Shown piece after piece: positions 39,901 to 50,500 of a stretch of 64,000 nt of DNA. Each line of letters begins with the position of its first letter. Positions within the stretch are counted from its first letter, which is position 1. The notes beneath the pieces are model-generated. The model did not search any database. It saw nothing but the letters and a program-made list of their open reading frames with translations, and had not been told where the DNA came from. Made by a program: the position numbers and the translations under genes. This DNA is from Yuukianura sp. NJ FZ-2021. Taxonomy: Eukaryota. The DNA lies in NCBI GenBank assembly GCA_046563655.1, contig CM102290.1, positions 9,920,001-9,984,000 of the forward strand, written 5' to 3'.

Positions 39901-41468
39901 TGCTGATGACGTGTTACCTACTGTGGGTCTATGGGTAGTACCCATTGGGTACATCACTATCTTCTCCATGACTTCTTCGCAACAACGGCGTCTGGGCCAA
40001 GGTTCCTTGACAACCGAATTGTAACAGGTTGTCCAATAAGTCGAGGTTTAGAAAAAAAATTGCTTCAAATAATTTGCCCCACCCCCCCACTTTTCCCCCA
40101 ATTTAAATTGCTTTACATGAAAATAATTACCATATAAAAAAAAGTTTTTCTTTTTTGACGAAATGAAAAACATCCGAGTTATTGGACAACCTGGTAGAAA
40201 AAACATTCATTTTTGCTTACGAACCTTGGTCTGGGCACTGCGCAAATCAAAAGCGTCTTCAATACATAGCGTTCGCGTTGACGTTAGGCTCGCTCCCGCT
40301 CTACAGATGCGTGTACGTTGACACTAACGTTATGTTCATTTTGATGTTGGACAAATGACGCTACTCGAAAAGTTAGAATTGGCGAGAAAAATAGTTTATA
40401 CAGGTATATCTTATGGAAAATTAAATCTACGCGCTACGCTCCAAATTTTACAGACTGATAACATACCCGAACGTTTTGAGACGTTATCTCGCTGACAAAA
40501 CTTGTAATTTCCAAAATTCTGAAGTGTTTACTTTTTTAAGGAACTAAAGAGTAGGAGAGGCCTTGTAAAAATAAAAGGGCGATTGTTGAGGCGGGAATAT
40601 TTGATTTTGAATGGAAGCATATTCAGGGAATGAGAAGTGACGGGAAAGAGATCTTCTTTTTCCTTCTGAATATTTATGAGATTTCGTTTTAATAAAAGCT
40701 GACATGAGAAAAACACAGAATTTCTTGTTTAGCATCCCACTTCATCCCTTCAGTTTCTCCTAATTTCTTACAACTAAAACTCCCGCTTTCTCTAAATTGC
40801 ATAACTTTCAAACCAACCCATGGGAGCACGCCATGGACCCGTGAAAGGTAACTTTTCCCGGGCTAACCTTTGGATTGGGAATTTGATTTCTTTGGGACTT
40901 TCTTCCACACAGTACTATATGGGCATTTTCTCCTGCTATTGGATTGTGACATTACAGTTTCCAACGTCCATCTCTCTCTCCTGTCTCGTATCTCTCTTTC
41001 CCATCGCCCATTTCCCGTCTTTTGTGGTGGTGATTTGGGGTTATTTCGAGGTTTTTCTTTTGCAAAGATCAGCAAACAATGTGGACAATAATTTAAGACT
41101 TGCTTACGCCCTCTCCTTTCTTCTGCTGCCTCTTCAAGCCCCTGATTTTTATTTCTTTATTTCCCATCCCCCCTCCCTGCCTCCGAATCCAAAACTTCTT
41201 CCAAACTGAGTTTACGAGCCACAATTAAAACGGAAATGAAAGTTAGGAGAGAGAAAGAGAAAAATAATATCCGCCTTACCCCAGTTTTTAATTCCTCGGA
41301 TCGATGAACAACCGTCGTCGTCGACTCTCCATTCCCGTCACCACGGCACTCACCTAGTTCATGAGGATCGTCTGCTTGGGCGTAGAAATACGAAATCTTG
41401 AAATCTGCACTAGTGCCCTCCAAGCGGATTACTCCTTGCACTTTGTGATTGCAGACTACCGAGTCCAT
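12873..41468 (-). CDS. FoxP: 5' coding exons of a large gene, probably a forkhead box P (FoxP) transcription factor; partial, continues off the left edge
   Basis: Exon 41468-41280 (63 codons, MDSVVCNHK...EELKTG, donor GGG|GTAAGG, phase 0) can splice in frame to exon 12986-12873 (acceptor TGCAG|, 38 codons DGMMDSDAECGGAINLSRRPSAANSPADSCYDYDDNDQ, donor CAG|GTACGC). The 'MD...GAINLS.R.SAA.(T/S)P...Y..DNDQ' pattern matches my recollection of arthropod FoxP N-termini. No zinc finger, leucine zipper or forkhead domain lies in the window, so identity is inferred. Confidence 0.6.
21975..22315. repeat. Degenerate minisatellite rich in TGTGTAAAC / AAAAACTGT
   Basis: Repeated gtgtaaactgaaaaaa..ctgt..aaacttacac units visible by eye; exact period not determined. 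Confidence 0.65.
23450..23780. repeat. Degenerate ~31-bp minisatellite (GGGTCAACTTCA core)
   Basis: gggctaacttca / gggtcaacttca / aggctaacttca / gggtcaacttca recurring at roughly 31-bp spacing, decaying rightwards. Confidence 0.7.
29340..30320. repeat. Tandem repeat, ~370-380 bp unit, ~2.7 copies
   Basis: Anchor AGTCTCACCC..TTTTCCGAAG..GGGTTTGACAATTT at 29391, 29771 and 30141; anchor TTTCCACAAATGCCTTTACCA at 29631 and 30001. Confidence 0.9.
36204..36256. promoter_or_regulatory. Homotypic AP-1 (TGA[C/G]TCA) site cluster
   Basis: Perfect sites at 36204, 36214, 36223 and 36231; near-sites GGACTCA 36242 and TGAATCA 36250. Confidence 0.55.
36510..36835. repeat. Degenerate minisatellite (AACTAACAT..CGTACC)
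   Basis: Recurring aactaacat and cgtacc(a) motifs at roughly 25-bp spacing. Confidence 0.6.
40025..40193. mobile_element. Small degenerate MITE-like inverted-repeat element (possibly Tc1/mariner-derived)
   Basis: CAGGTTGTCCAATAAGTCG (40025-40043) vs CGAGTTATTGGACAACCTG (40175-40193), 18/19 inverted match; outer inverted pair CCAAGGTTC / GAACCTTGG; no clean TA TSD. Confidence 0.55.
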
Positions 41469-42614
41469 CCAGAATCACCGTCCAGATCCTGGTTGAATTA
41501 AAGAAACCTTGAGTCAGAACATTTCGAACTAACTTTGACACCAGCTTCACTAAGCTGAACTCTGTATTTTCACTTTTAAAGCAGCACGGAGAACCAGGAA
41601 CAGAAATAACTTGTCAATGAGCAAAAGATTGTCAATGTGCCAGTGGGACATTAACTTATTAGCTGCTGATTAGTAATTGACGAGAGCAGATAATCGGTTA
41701 AGGGGCGAATTTTGAATTTGCTAACCAAACCAAACCAAAACCTAACAATGGTTCCATTGACACAGGAGGGTACGTTATAGATTCCTTTAGATGTCTTGCT
41801 ATGTCACAACGCATTGGAGAATCACAGATTCTAATTGTGTCCCAAGTGTTGATTTGTTAAGTGGACAGGAAACTAAAGAATCTGCAAATCCGCCACGTCA
41901 ACCCCCTGGTAGTAAAGTGCTGTGTATGGAAGAAGGAGAGACGGAGTGACGACAGGGAATAATTCACATTCCCCATTATTCATTCGACTGATTTAGGATA
42001 AATAATCAAACCCATAAATTCACACTCACCGAAGTCGACTTATTGTTAGACATCCAAGTCACTTAACATAGGTCAACCATGCGCTGCTCCAGAAGAATCG
42101 AAGAAGACATTGACAGGCTTCATCGCAAATCAAATCCAAATCTATTGTCTTCCTCATCTCCAGAGTCTCTGACCCTACTATTGTGTAGTGTAGTGTAATG
42201 GGAAAGCACTCTCTCATGACATCCCAATAAACAATTATTCTTACCCAAACAAACTCTAGCGGCTGATCCCATTGCAGGGGCATTGAACTTCTTCCCCCTT
42301 CTCTAATTACCAACAACTAATTCCACCACATATAACAACAATCTACAAATAGCTTATGTATCAACCAATAACCGATGCAAAACCATAACAGGATAACGAA
42401 GGAAGTTAGTCATTCAGTACATTCGTCATGACAGAGTGCATGGGACTTGACTATTATGTATGCAGAAGCTGACCTGTCCCTGTAGTTGTCAATGACCTCG
42501 ACCTCTCTCAGCCGTACCCTAGTACTGTAACATGACTACCATTACCTATAACCTCCATTTTGCTAACGATAAATGTAACACTAATTGACAATGACAATCA
42601 ACTTGGGTACTTAC

Positions 42615-42900
42615 CTTATATCAGCAATGGAATCCACAGAACGTTCACTTGTCGTAGAGATTACTGCCGACGTCGTCTCCTCCCCTTTGTGTGTGTCCAG
42701 CATCTCTTCAGCACTTATCTTGTAGAGATTCGTCGAATCGGATGTTAATTGATGACTTGATTAATTAGTTGATTGATGATTGTAGTAAAGTAATCGTTGT
42801 CACTGGTTATGTGCGTTGACTCTTTGTTCACTTTGAGGAGGACGAAGATGGCGGACTCCCTCCTGCTGCGGCGTCGTGGAAAAGAGGGATGAAAAAGAGG
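42615..42900 (-). other. Probable first (5' leader) exon of the FoxP-like gene, carrying an upstream ATG at 42703
   Basis: Strong donor AAG|GTAAGT at 42615/42614; GC-rich promoter-like sequence at 42840-43015; ATG 42703 opens 29 codons to the donor. The 5' end is approximate. Confidence 0.5.
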
Positions 42901-43015
42901 GAGGAAAAGGGGAGAAAAAACACAAGACAACACAACAAAAAACGAAAGCGAAACGTTTCTGCCATCTGGCGGATCTCCTTAGAACGAAAATTTTTTGTGC
43001 CCCGCGAAATTCAAA
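42845..43015. promoter_or_regulatory. Divergent promoter/boundary region with YY1/Pho-like, CTCF-like and E2F-CHR-like motifs
   Basis: AAGATGGCGG 42845-42854 (YY1/Pho consensus); TGCCATCTGGCGGA 42960-42973 (reverse TCCGCCAGATGGCA, CTCF-like); CCGCGAAATTCAAA 43002-43015 (GC core followed by TTYRAA). Motif matches only. Confidence 0.45.
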
Positions 43016-43496
43016 ATTCAAATTTTGTATTTTGCATTTAGTTCTGTATTTTTTTTTGACATTACGAAATACAAAAAACAATATTGCAAAATACCGAAAA
43101 ATTACAAACATATTTTTTTAATTAGTTTGTATTTAATTACTATTGAGTAGTTTTAATGAAACAAATAAGTACATTAAATTATTATGCTAAAAGTCATTTG
43201 TTTTGTTACGGATTTAAAGCTCTATATGCATTTGTGCTTGTTTGAAAGGGCATTTCGTAATGACAATTGCAGTTCTGCCGCAGCTGTTTTCGCACTGCAT
43301 TTGCCCTTTTCCGAAATCGATGTTTACTCTACTCACTTTTAATTGAACTTAAATTGAATTAATTCCTTGACTGATTAATTAATGTAACTAATTAGTTCCT
43401 TAGTGTATTAGTATTTCGGTCTTCGTGTGGTGGATCTATAGAGAAGACTGTTTGGTCCTTTGGTCAACGTCAAACAACATTCTTATAGTATATAAC

Positions 43497-44186
43497 ATGG
43501 TGGTAAGTTGCATTAGAATTATTCGTAGATTTGTTTTTATTGTTGAAAATGTAACTAACTTGAGATTATGTTATTCAATATCTTTCGATTAGCGACTGGC
43601 GTTAAGGATCTGTGCTCAACTGGAAAATGTAGAAAGCTTATCCTTGGATGACAGTGTAGATACCCGATTGCATATGAAGATCAAGTGTACCAATTGCGGT
43701 GAAGAAGGAGGGAAAATCTACATGGATGGCAGTATGCATCCTACTGGTTCTGGACAGGAGGCGAATTATGTTGGGAAATGCAAATTATGCAAGAGGCAGA
43801 TTACGATGACCATCAACAATAAGACTTATAAGCCGTACAGCAATGATCCGGACAGTGACAATCCTTCCTTTGGCACTGGTAAGTTCAAAAAGTATGCCAG
43901 AAAAGGTCTTTCGGGAAGTTTGAACTGATTCTGATTATCTTATTCCTATGCAGTTGTGGAGATTGAAGCCAGAGGCGGAGAGCCAACAGATTTCGAATTC
44001 CATGGAGCTGCCTGGAAAGCCAAAGTTGCTGATTCGCGTACTATTTTCCAGGACCTAGAATTCTCCGAGCCTGGAAAGGAAGGCATAGATTGGTGTGAGT
44101 TTGACGCTGCTACTAATCAGACGGTGGGAATTTATAACCTCCAGGCGACGTTCGATGACGCGGACAAGCTGCCTAAAAAGTTCTAA
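43497..44186 (+). CDS. CZIB: CXXC-motif zinc-binding protein (C1orf123/UPF0587/DUF866 family), ~174 aa, 3 exons
   Basis: Exons 43497-43502 (ATG GTG|GTAAGT), 43593-43878, 43954-44186. Protein MVRLALRICAQLENVESLSLDD...MKIKCTNCGEE...ANYVGKCKLCKR...VEIEARGGEPTDFEF...WCEFD...VGIY matches the family pattern with two CxxC motifs. AATAAA at 44343. Confidence 0.93.
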
Positions 44187-45957
44187 GCTAATCAGTGCTG
44201 ATGTTCATCGGGTTTTGTATACTACATTGTTTATACCTTAATTATTTTGGTTTTCTCCAGTTTCTGGACGAGAAGGAGAATGCTATTTTACTGTTTGTAC
44301 TAATGAGATCTTGATTACATTTTCCAGTGAATCCCAAACATTAATAAATAGAGATTCATCAGCGGTATTTCAGTCGAGACATCAACATTTAATTCAATAT
44401 CGGTTCACCACCATCATCATCATTTTAAAGTCGGCAGGCACTAATAGGTCACAAGGTCAGACTTTAAACCTCACAAAGATTTATTATGAACAAACGATTC
44501 ATTGATTTTATTGTCATTTGGAATTTCCCCGGAATAAGGTCCAGACACTTTGAAGACACTTAAGGTCAGACACTGGAGGAGAGAGATTCATTTTTTGGAA
44601 AAAATTCAAAGTAGTTTAGTTAAGTTGCTGCGTGAGAAAATACTTGATTAGTTCTCACTCGCTCTGGTATCTGTGCAGTGGTAGTTCAGTTACTAGGAAT
44701 GACTGGGAGAATCCACTAATACATAAATTAATTACTCAATTACAAACTATGTACTTGTTTACGAAAACGACAACAATAAAAGTTGTAACTACCTCCTTAC
44801 AACTAGTAATTACACTTGAGAGTTAGTCAATTAATCAATACAAGTGACTGAGATTTTTAAATTCGGTAGGTTAGGTTTCTAGGAATTAGGCAAGTTAATT
44901 AATACTTTCTGATGTCCAAAGTTCACAGTTCATTCCAACTAAACTTTTAGTAATTACTTAATTACTTTCTGAACTACTCAAACCTGGTAATTAGGTAATT
45001 ACAAGTTACTTGTAATTGCAAATTACTTGTAATTCATTTCGAATTACCTCCAGAAGCCCCTAATACTGCTCAGATGCACTAAAATACAATTGGTTGACTA
45101 TAAACCAAAGTTAGGCTAAACAAATTAATACGTTTTAAACAAAACTAAATCTTTTCGGTTGAAGTAAGGCAGTTTGCAACAAGAAGACCACTACACCGGG
45201 AATGTTGCACCGCCTTCACTTCTACCTAAGTAGTCGCTGCCTGTTACACGGAATTCAAAAATGGAATTAGAAAGACTTTTCCAGTGTAATGCGCAAACGC
45301 GGTAACGTTTTTTTCAGTTGTTCTGGAATCCACTGCGCCCTGACCTCCAGCATTAAGGAATTTTAAAATTGTAGCCGCCAAAAAACGAGATCCTTTTGTT
45401 CATCAAGATGGAGACTAAAAAGAGCTTAGTTACCGTAGCCCAACTTGTTCTCAATCACAATCGAAAGTAACGATTAGTTAAGTAAGTCACAACCTAACCT
45501 AAATTACAATTAATTACAATTAGACTACTCAAGTTAAAACTACAGTTTAACAAACTAGGGTCCATTATATACAAAAATTGGAACAATGAGTCAGTAAATA
45601 CAGTAGAAGAAGGAAGAGGAAAGGTCAAAGTTGTGACCAACAACTTTTGGGTAACAAGTCACAAGATAATACGAATCCAATATTATATGTCATTCGACAC
45701 AGTCTAACTCGTTAGGAGTCTAGCGATCACTAACCACGCTCTCAATTCAAATCTAACTAACTTTAACATTAAATCTAGTGTAATTACACTCTAGCAATGG
45801 TTAATTACGCCACTAATTACATAAATGTTCAAGTCCAGTGTTTGTGTTATTGCCCAACGAAGGAGTTATTGCAATCAATCTTGAAGGAATAAAGGTCTCA
45901 CCGTTGTGATGATTTTTTTTCTGGAATGGAGGTCATCCGCTCGTTTATGAAAGAGAT

Positions 45958-47596
45958 TCAGAAGGCATTGTAGACGCTTGACCAATCGACGCTTGGTAGA
46001 CTCGACACGTCAATCAGCGTTGGAAGAGGTTGGTATCCATAGGACAGTGTGGGCAGTGGGCCATGCGCGTTCGAATTCTGGACAGAAAAAAGTCAAAATT
46101 CATTTTTTTTTTCAAAATTTCGAACAATCTTAATGAGTGTCTTGTTGCATGTCACTCACAAGCGCGGGCACTGTGTACGGGGAGTAGCGGTAGCTGCCGA
46201 GCACAGAGGCCGTGGAATGACTGCCCATCAACTTGGAGTAGTTCGCAACAGCTGCTGCTGTCAACGGTGGAATTGCCAAACCGCTCAGACTTCCTGGACA
46301 ACAAAAGAGTTTCATTATTAGTCAAGTGACGAGTGACAAGGAGGAACAACTCGGTTGACAAAAAAAAGTTGTATTTAATATATTATATTATTATAATTTA
46401 TATTTACCCTGCGCATGAGCTGTGAGTGGTGACCCTGTCAGGACCATTCGCTTGGCCAAGACGTTGAGACTTGACGAAGTGTCCTTCGGCTGAGCTCTCT
46501 TGCACTCGACCTGAAAAGAGGCATTCAAATGCAAATGAAACACAAACACAATTGGCAACATTTGAATAAAATTTTAAAATGAAATTGGAAATTTTGAAAC
46601 AAAACAAGAAGACAAAAAAGGCGACTCAAAAGGAAGCGATATCGCTGCTTGGAAACTTTATGAAAAAGTTTAAATTTTCTTGAAAATCGAATTCATGAAG
46701 CTCAGGGGTCACCTTTTTTCCTTTGATAGTGTGGTAGTGCATTGCACAAATTTTGTCAACGACATCCTCAATTTCGAAAGTGACAAAACCAAATCCACGA
46801 TGTCTCTTCGTTTGTTGGTCCATCAGCATCACGGCTTCGTCAACCTAAATAAACCAAAATCAAAATTTCTGAAAACATGAAATCCATTCAAAGTTGCGTT
46901 AAAATAAGAATTTTATTCGCTTACTTTGCCAAATTGAGAAAAATACGCTTGAACTTCTTCCAGCGTCGTATCCTGACTCACGCCTCCTACAAACACCTTC
47001 TTCGTCTTGCTCGATCTAAAACCCCGCCGATCAACAAAAACAGAACCGAATTCAAAAAATTTAGAACAGGAACGTTTTTCAAAGAAAAACTTTTTCCTTC
47101 CAAACCACAAAAAATCAACAAAGTAATTGACTTACGCCGTCTTCGCTCTTGGTGTTGCATGTTTGGGGTCAATTCTTTTTCCATCCAGAATATGGCTAGC
47201 TTCTGCTAGAACTCGACCCACGCTCACCGCCTCTGAAAATGTGATGAATCCAAAGCCTCGACTTCTCTGTTTCAAACAAAATATTTTTTTTATTATATAT
47301 TATTAATTAAAATTAACCAATGACAATTACTTTAAGTTTACCTGTGTAACCGGATCTTTCATGACTAGCACATCCAGGACAGGCCCAAACTGGGAAAAAT
47401 ACTCTTTGAGTTTCTCCGGAGTCGTGGTCCAGCTCAGTCCGCCCACGAACAGTTTCGTGTCATAGGTCAATGACCCTCCGTTGACCCCAGAGCAGAGGCA
47501 AGGCGTTGACCGCCCAGAGTTATTGCTGTTGCTGCCATCCAGGGAACCATTGGGTCGCGACAGGTCACGGTCACCATCAGGTGAAGAGTCAGTCAT
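45958..47596 (-). CDS. msi: Musashi-family (Rbp6/MSI-1 type) RNA-binding protein with two RRMs, ~321 aa, 7 coding exons
   Basis: Exons 47596-47342, 47266-47136, 47015-46925, 46844-46713, 46510-46408, 46293-46160, 46077-45958; all GT-AG and frame-consistent (966 nt). RRM1 [12 protein letters not shown]...[17 protein letters not shown]...[12 protein letters not shown]2 [10 protein letters not shown]...[19 protein letters not shown]...[11 protein letters not shown]; Ala/Tyr-rich tail (SYRYSPY). An acceptor 11 nt upstream of the ATG implies a non-coding first exon (candidate donor GAG|GTAAGT at 51860/51859). Confidence 0.93.
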
Positions 47597-50500
47597 TTCA
47601 GTGATTTCTGTTGAACAAAACAATACTATCCGTTAGAATCCATTTCTTTTTTCGAAATTCAAATTCCCCGCTCCAAAATTAAACCAAAGTATCCAAACAT
47701 TCTTTTATTCTCTAACTCTAATGTAATGTAACCTTGTCAAACTCAATTGAAATTCCTGGAGTCACATTGGCCTAGCCTAAACCTACGACTTCTCGGACGA
47801 GATTTCTGGAGGCATTCCTAGAATTCGTCTATCCAATAAGATTAACCCATAAACTACGACAACTAGACGTTTCTGCGTCACAACTTTTCTTTTGAAACCC
47901 TGAAAACACGTTTTCTCCCGCTTTTTCCCTTTCTCACTTCACATCAGCAACGACCAAACTTTCAACAACTTTGTACAGGTAAAACGAAGTACCACCGTCC
48001 ATCACCAACGGAAGGAACCACCAGTCACTTTAATTAATCGTTTGTGATGGCTTCACTTTTCCCCGCTAAATTCTACACGACAAACAAAACAGTTCGAACA
48101 AAATTCGAATTTTCCTAACAGCACTGTCATTTCGCACTGTCAAGACGGATGATTTTGGAACTGTCTAAGACAGTAAATGTAGAAAAAAATGCTGCACTAT
48201 ATTTTAAAAAAGTCGCAAACGTTGAGGCAGAAGACGCAAAACAAAATTGAAAGTTATGGAAGGTGGACACAATTGATATCACCTTTTGAAAAACTTTGAC
48301 ATTTATTTTAAAATACTTGCGCGCGCAGAGTATTTAGCTTCTGAATTCAAAGCTTTTGTGGCTTCTTCCCACAAAAAAAGAAGCCATGCTAATAAAAACT
48401 ACTATTTTCCACTCTACTCCTTAATTCCAATTAAACTGAATCATTTTTCCTCCAACTACTAGTACTATGGCTTCTCTCCGTTTTCATATTTCCCACGCTC
48501 TCATTTCAAAAACAGAAAAGTTTCCATGCTAGCGTAAATTTATGAGCCACGTATGAATAATTTCGTGCAAGATTACCATCTCTTAAGAGAAAAAAGAATC
48601 ATTTCTAGCCTTTAACGTTTTTTTAATGCGACCTTTATACTTCCCATTCTTTTAGAACGTGTTGACCTCTGCCAGCTTCCAAATCGGTCGTAGCCACTAG
48701 CTAGTTGCAAAGAGAAAGTTGCTATAAATCTAAAAAAAAAAAACGAATGGCAAAAATCAAAATCGAAAAATGAATCAAAGAAAAAAAAACTATGGGTAAG
48801 AAAGTGGCAAAAATTGAAAGTCACGGAAGACAGTTTTGGCAATCATGCTTCATCAAATCGTCATTTCCTTCACATCACTCAAAATCCACAATTCCCTTCC
48901 ATTGCGCATGGCTGCAAATTGCAAAATTGCAATCCCAATTTTTCAAATTTAGTTGCAAAAATTCTAAATTTACCTAATTTCACTCCAAACTTTCATTTTT
49001 CCCTCAAAACAATCCAACGTTTAAAATTACACTTTCAAATTTCTACATTTCAAAACCTTTGTATCAACTAAATTAATTTGTTGCAATTCTCAGAAAACTT
49101 CGCAGTTTTCGGACTCTCTTTTTTGCACATTCTGAGTCACCACTCGTCTTCGACTTTTAAGGCGCTGAAAGGAGAACAAAAGAAAAAAAAGAGAAAGTAG
49201 AGTTTATGCTGGCAAAAATTATTTGATTCCTGTCAGTTTCGGGGAGAAACTTAAGATGTCGTTTTTTGTTGAGTTCGAATATGAACTTTTTGTTTCGAAG
49301 TTTTCTGAAAATTGTGCCGCTGGAAAGGTGCGGCCAGCCCAAAAAAGCTGTTACTTAAGTCAAGATGTCGTTTGTGTTAAATTATAATTGAAATGACACT
49401 TTAGGCTCACAGTTCGTTAAGTTTCTTCTGCTGTGACAAAAACCTTCTTCGGATTAATTGGCAGGACGGAAGAAGAAGTAAGTGAAATGGACTGGATGAA
49501 ATTAAGAGCTTTTGGACCAAGGCACTTTTCGTTTCCTGCCAAAACCAGACGGCGACGACGAAAAACGCTTGAGATTGAGAAAATAGCAAAAGTACAACAA
49601 AAGGCCTTGCAGAAAGCCACTTCCAAACAATTATTAATTCCATCTGGTCCGTACTTTCCTTTTTTCATTGTTCCCCCGCCCCCGCTTCTACCCCTGAACC
49701 CCCCACCTCTTAACCATCAAAATTATCCCCACCCCAGGAGGCATAAAATCCAACCAATTCAAAAGCGCCGCGCCGCTTGCTCTCTCAAAACGTCAAACTC
49801 TTCAACATTTTCATAAATAACCAATTGCGAACTTTCATAACAACCTTAGGTTTTTAGCACTAAAATGCTAAAAAAAAACCAAGGAGGAACTGGGGCTCGA
49901 TCCCAGGTGACCCGACTGCGCGCCCAATTCCATTCTCCTCTTGGCTCTAATCAATTAACTCCTTGTGCTCAGAGTGTTAATGAGCAGAATGAAACATGGA
50001 CGCTGAAAATTGTTTTCTCCGAGAGCGCTTTCGGCTCAAGCGCAAGCGCTGCCAGGCCCCTTCACTTTCACTTCCCCTGCGTTTGCTCCATCATGATCGA
50101 TTAGGGTTTCTCTTCCTCCGAAAAAGCAAAAAGGAAAGGCACCACTTTCACCCTCCCACCAAACCAGTTCACACCACGACTCTCAACAATTAGCAACAAT
50201 ATCCACCGTGCTGGCACACGGTCCAACCACGGTGCTCATCGTCAATCACGGTCCAACAGTTACTGAGAGTGATTTGGCCAGTCACGGTCGTGAAACCATT
50301 GGTTAGGGGGTGGCCCGTGTTAGGGACACGGTGTAACGGTTTGTTCAGGAAACGGTCCAGATGCTTTCACTTTCTGTGCCGGAGTTTGTTTCCATGACGG
50401 TGACACACAGTTTTTGGATATCCGCGGATTCTGGAATGGAGTGCTAAAGGTAAAGGTGGACCGTGGAATTTATTAGTCAGATTTTGTAGAAAATCCTTGT

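Noticed and set aside
446..41100. Dozens of 60-190 aa ORFs in the ORF track
   Set aside because: Low-complexity translations of skewed non-coding DNA (Pro/Thr/His- or Lys/Phe-rich), often with non-ATG starts, no splice support and no recognisable domains.
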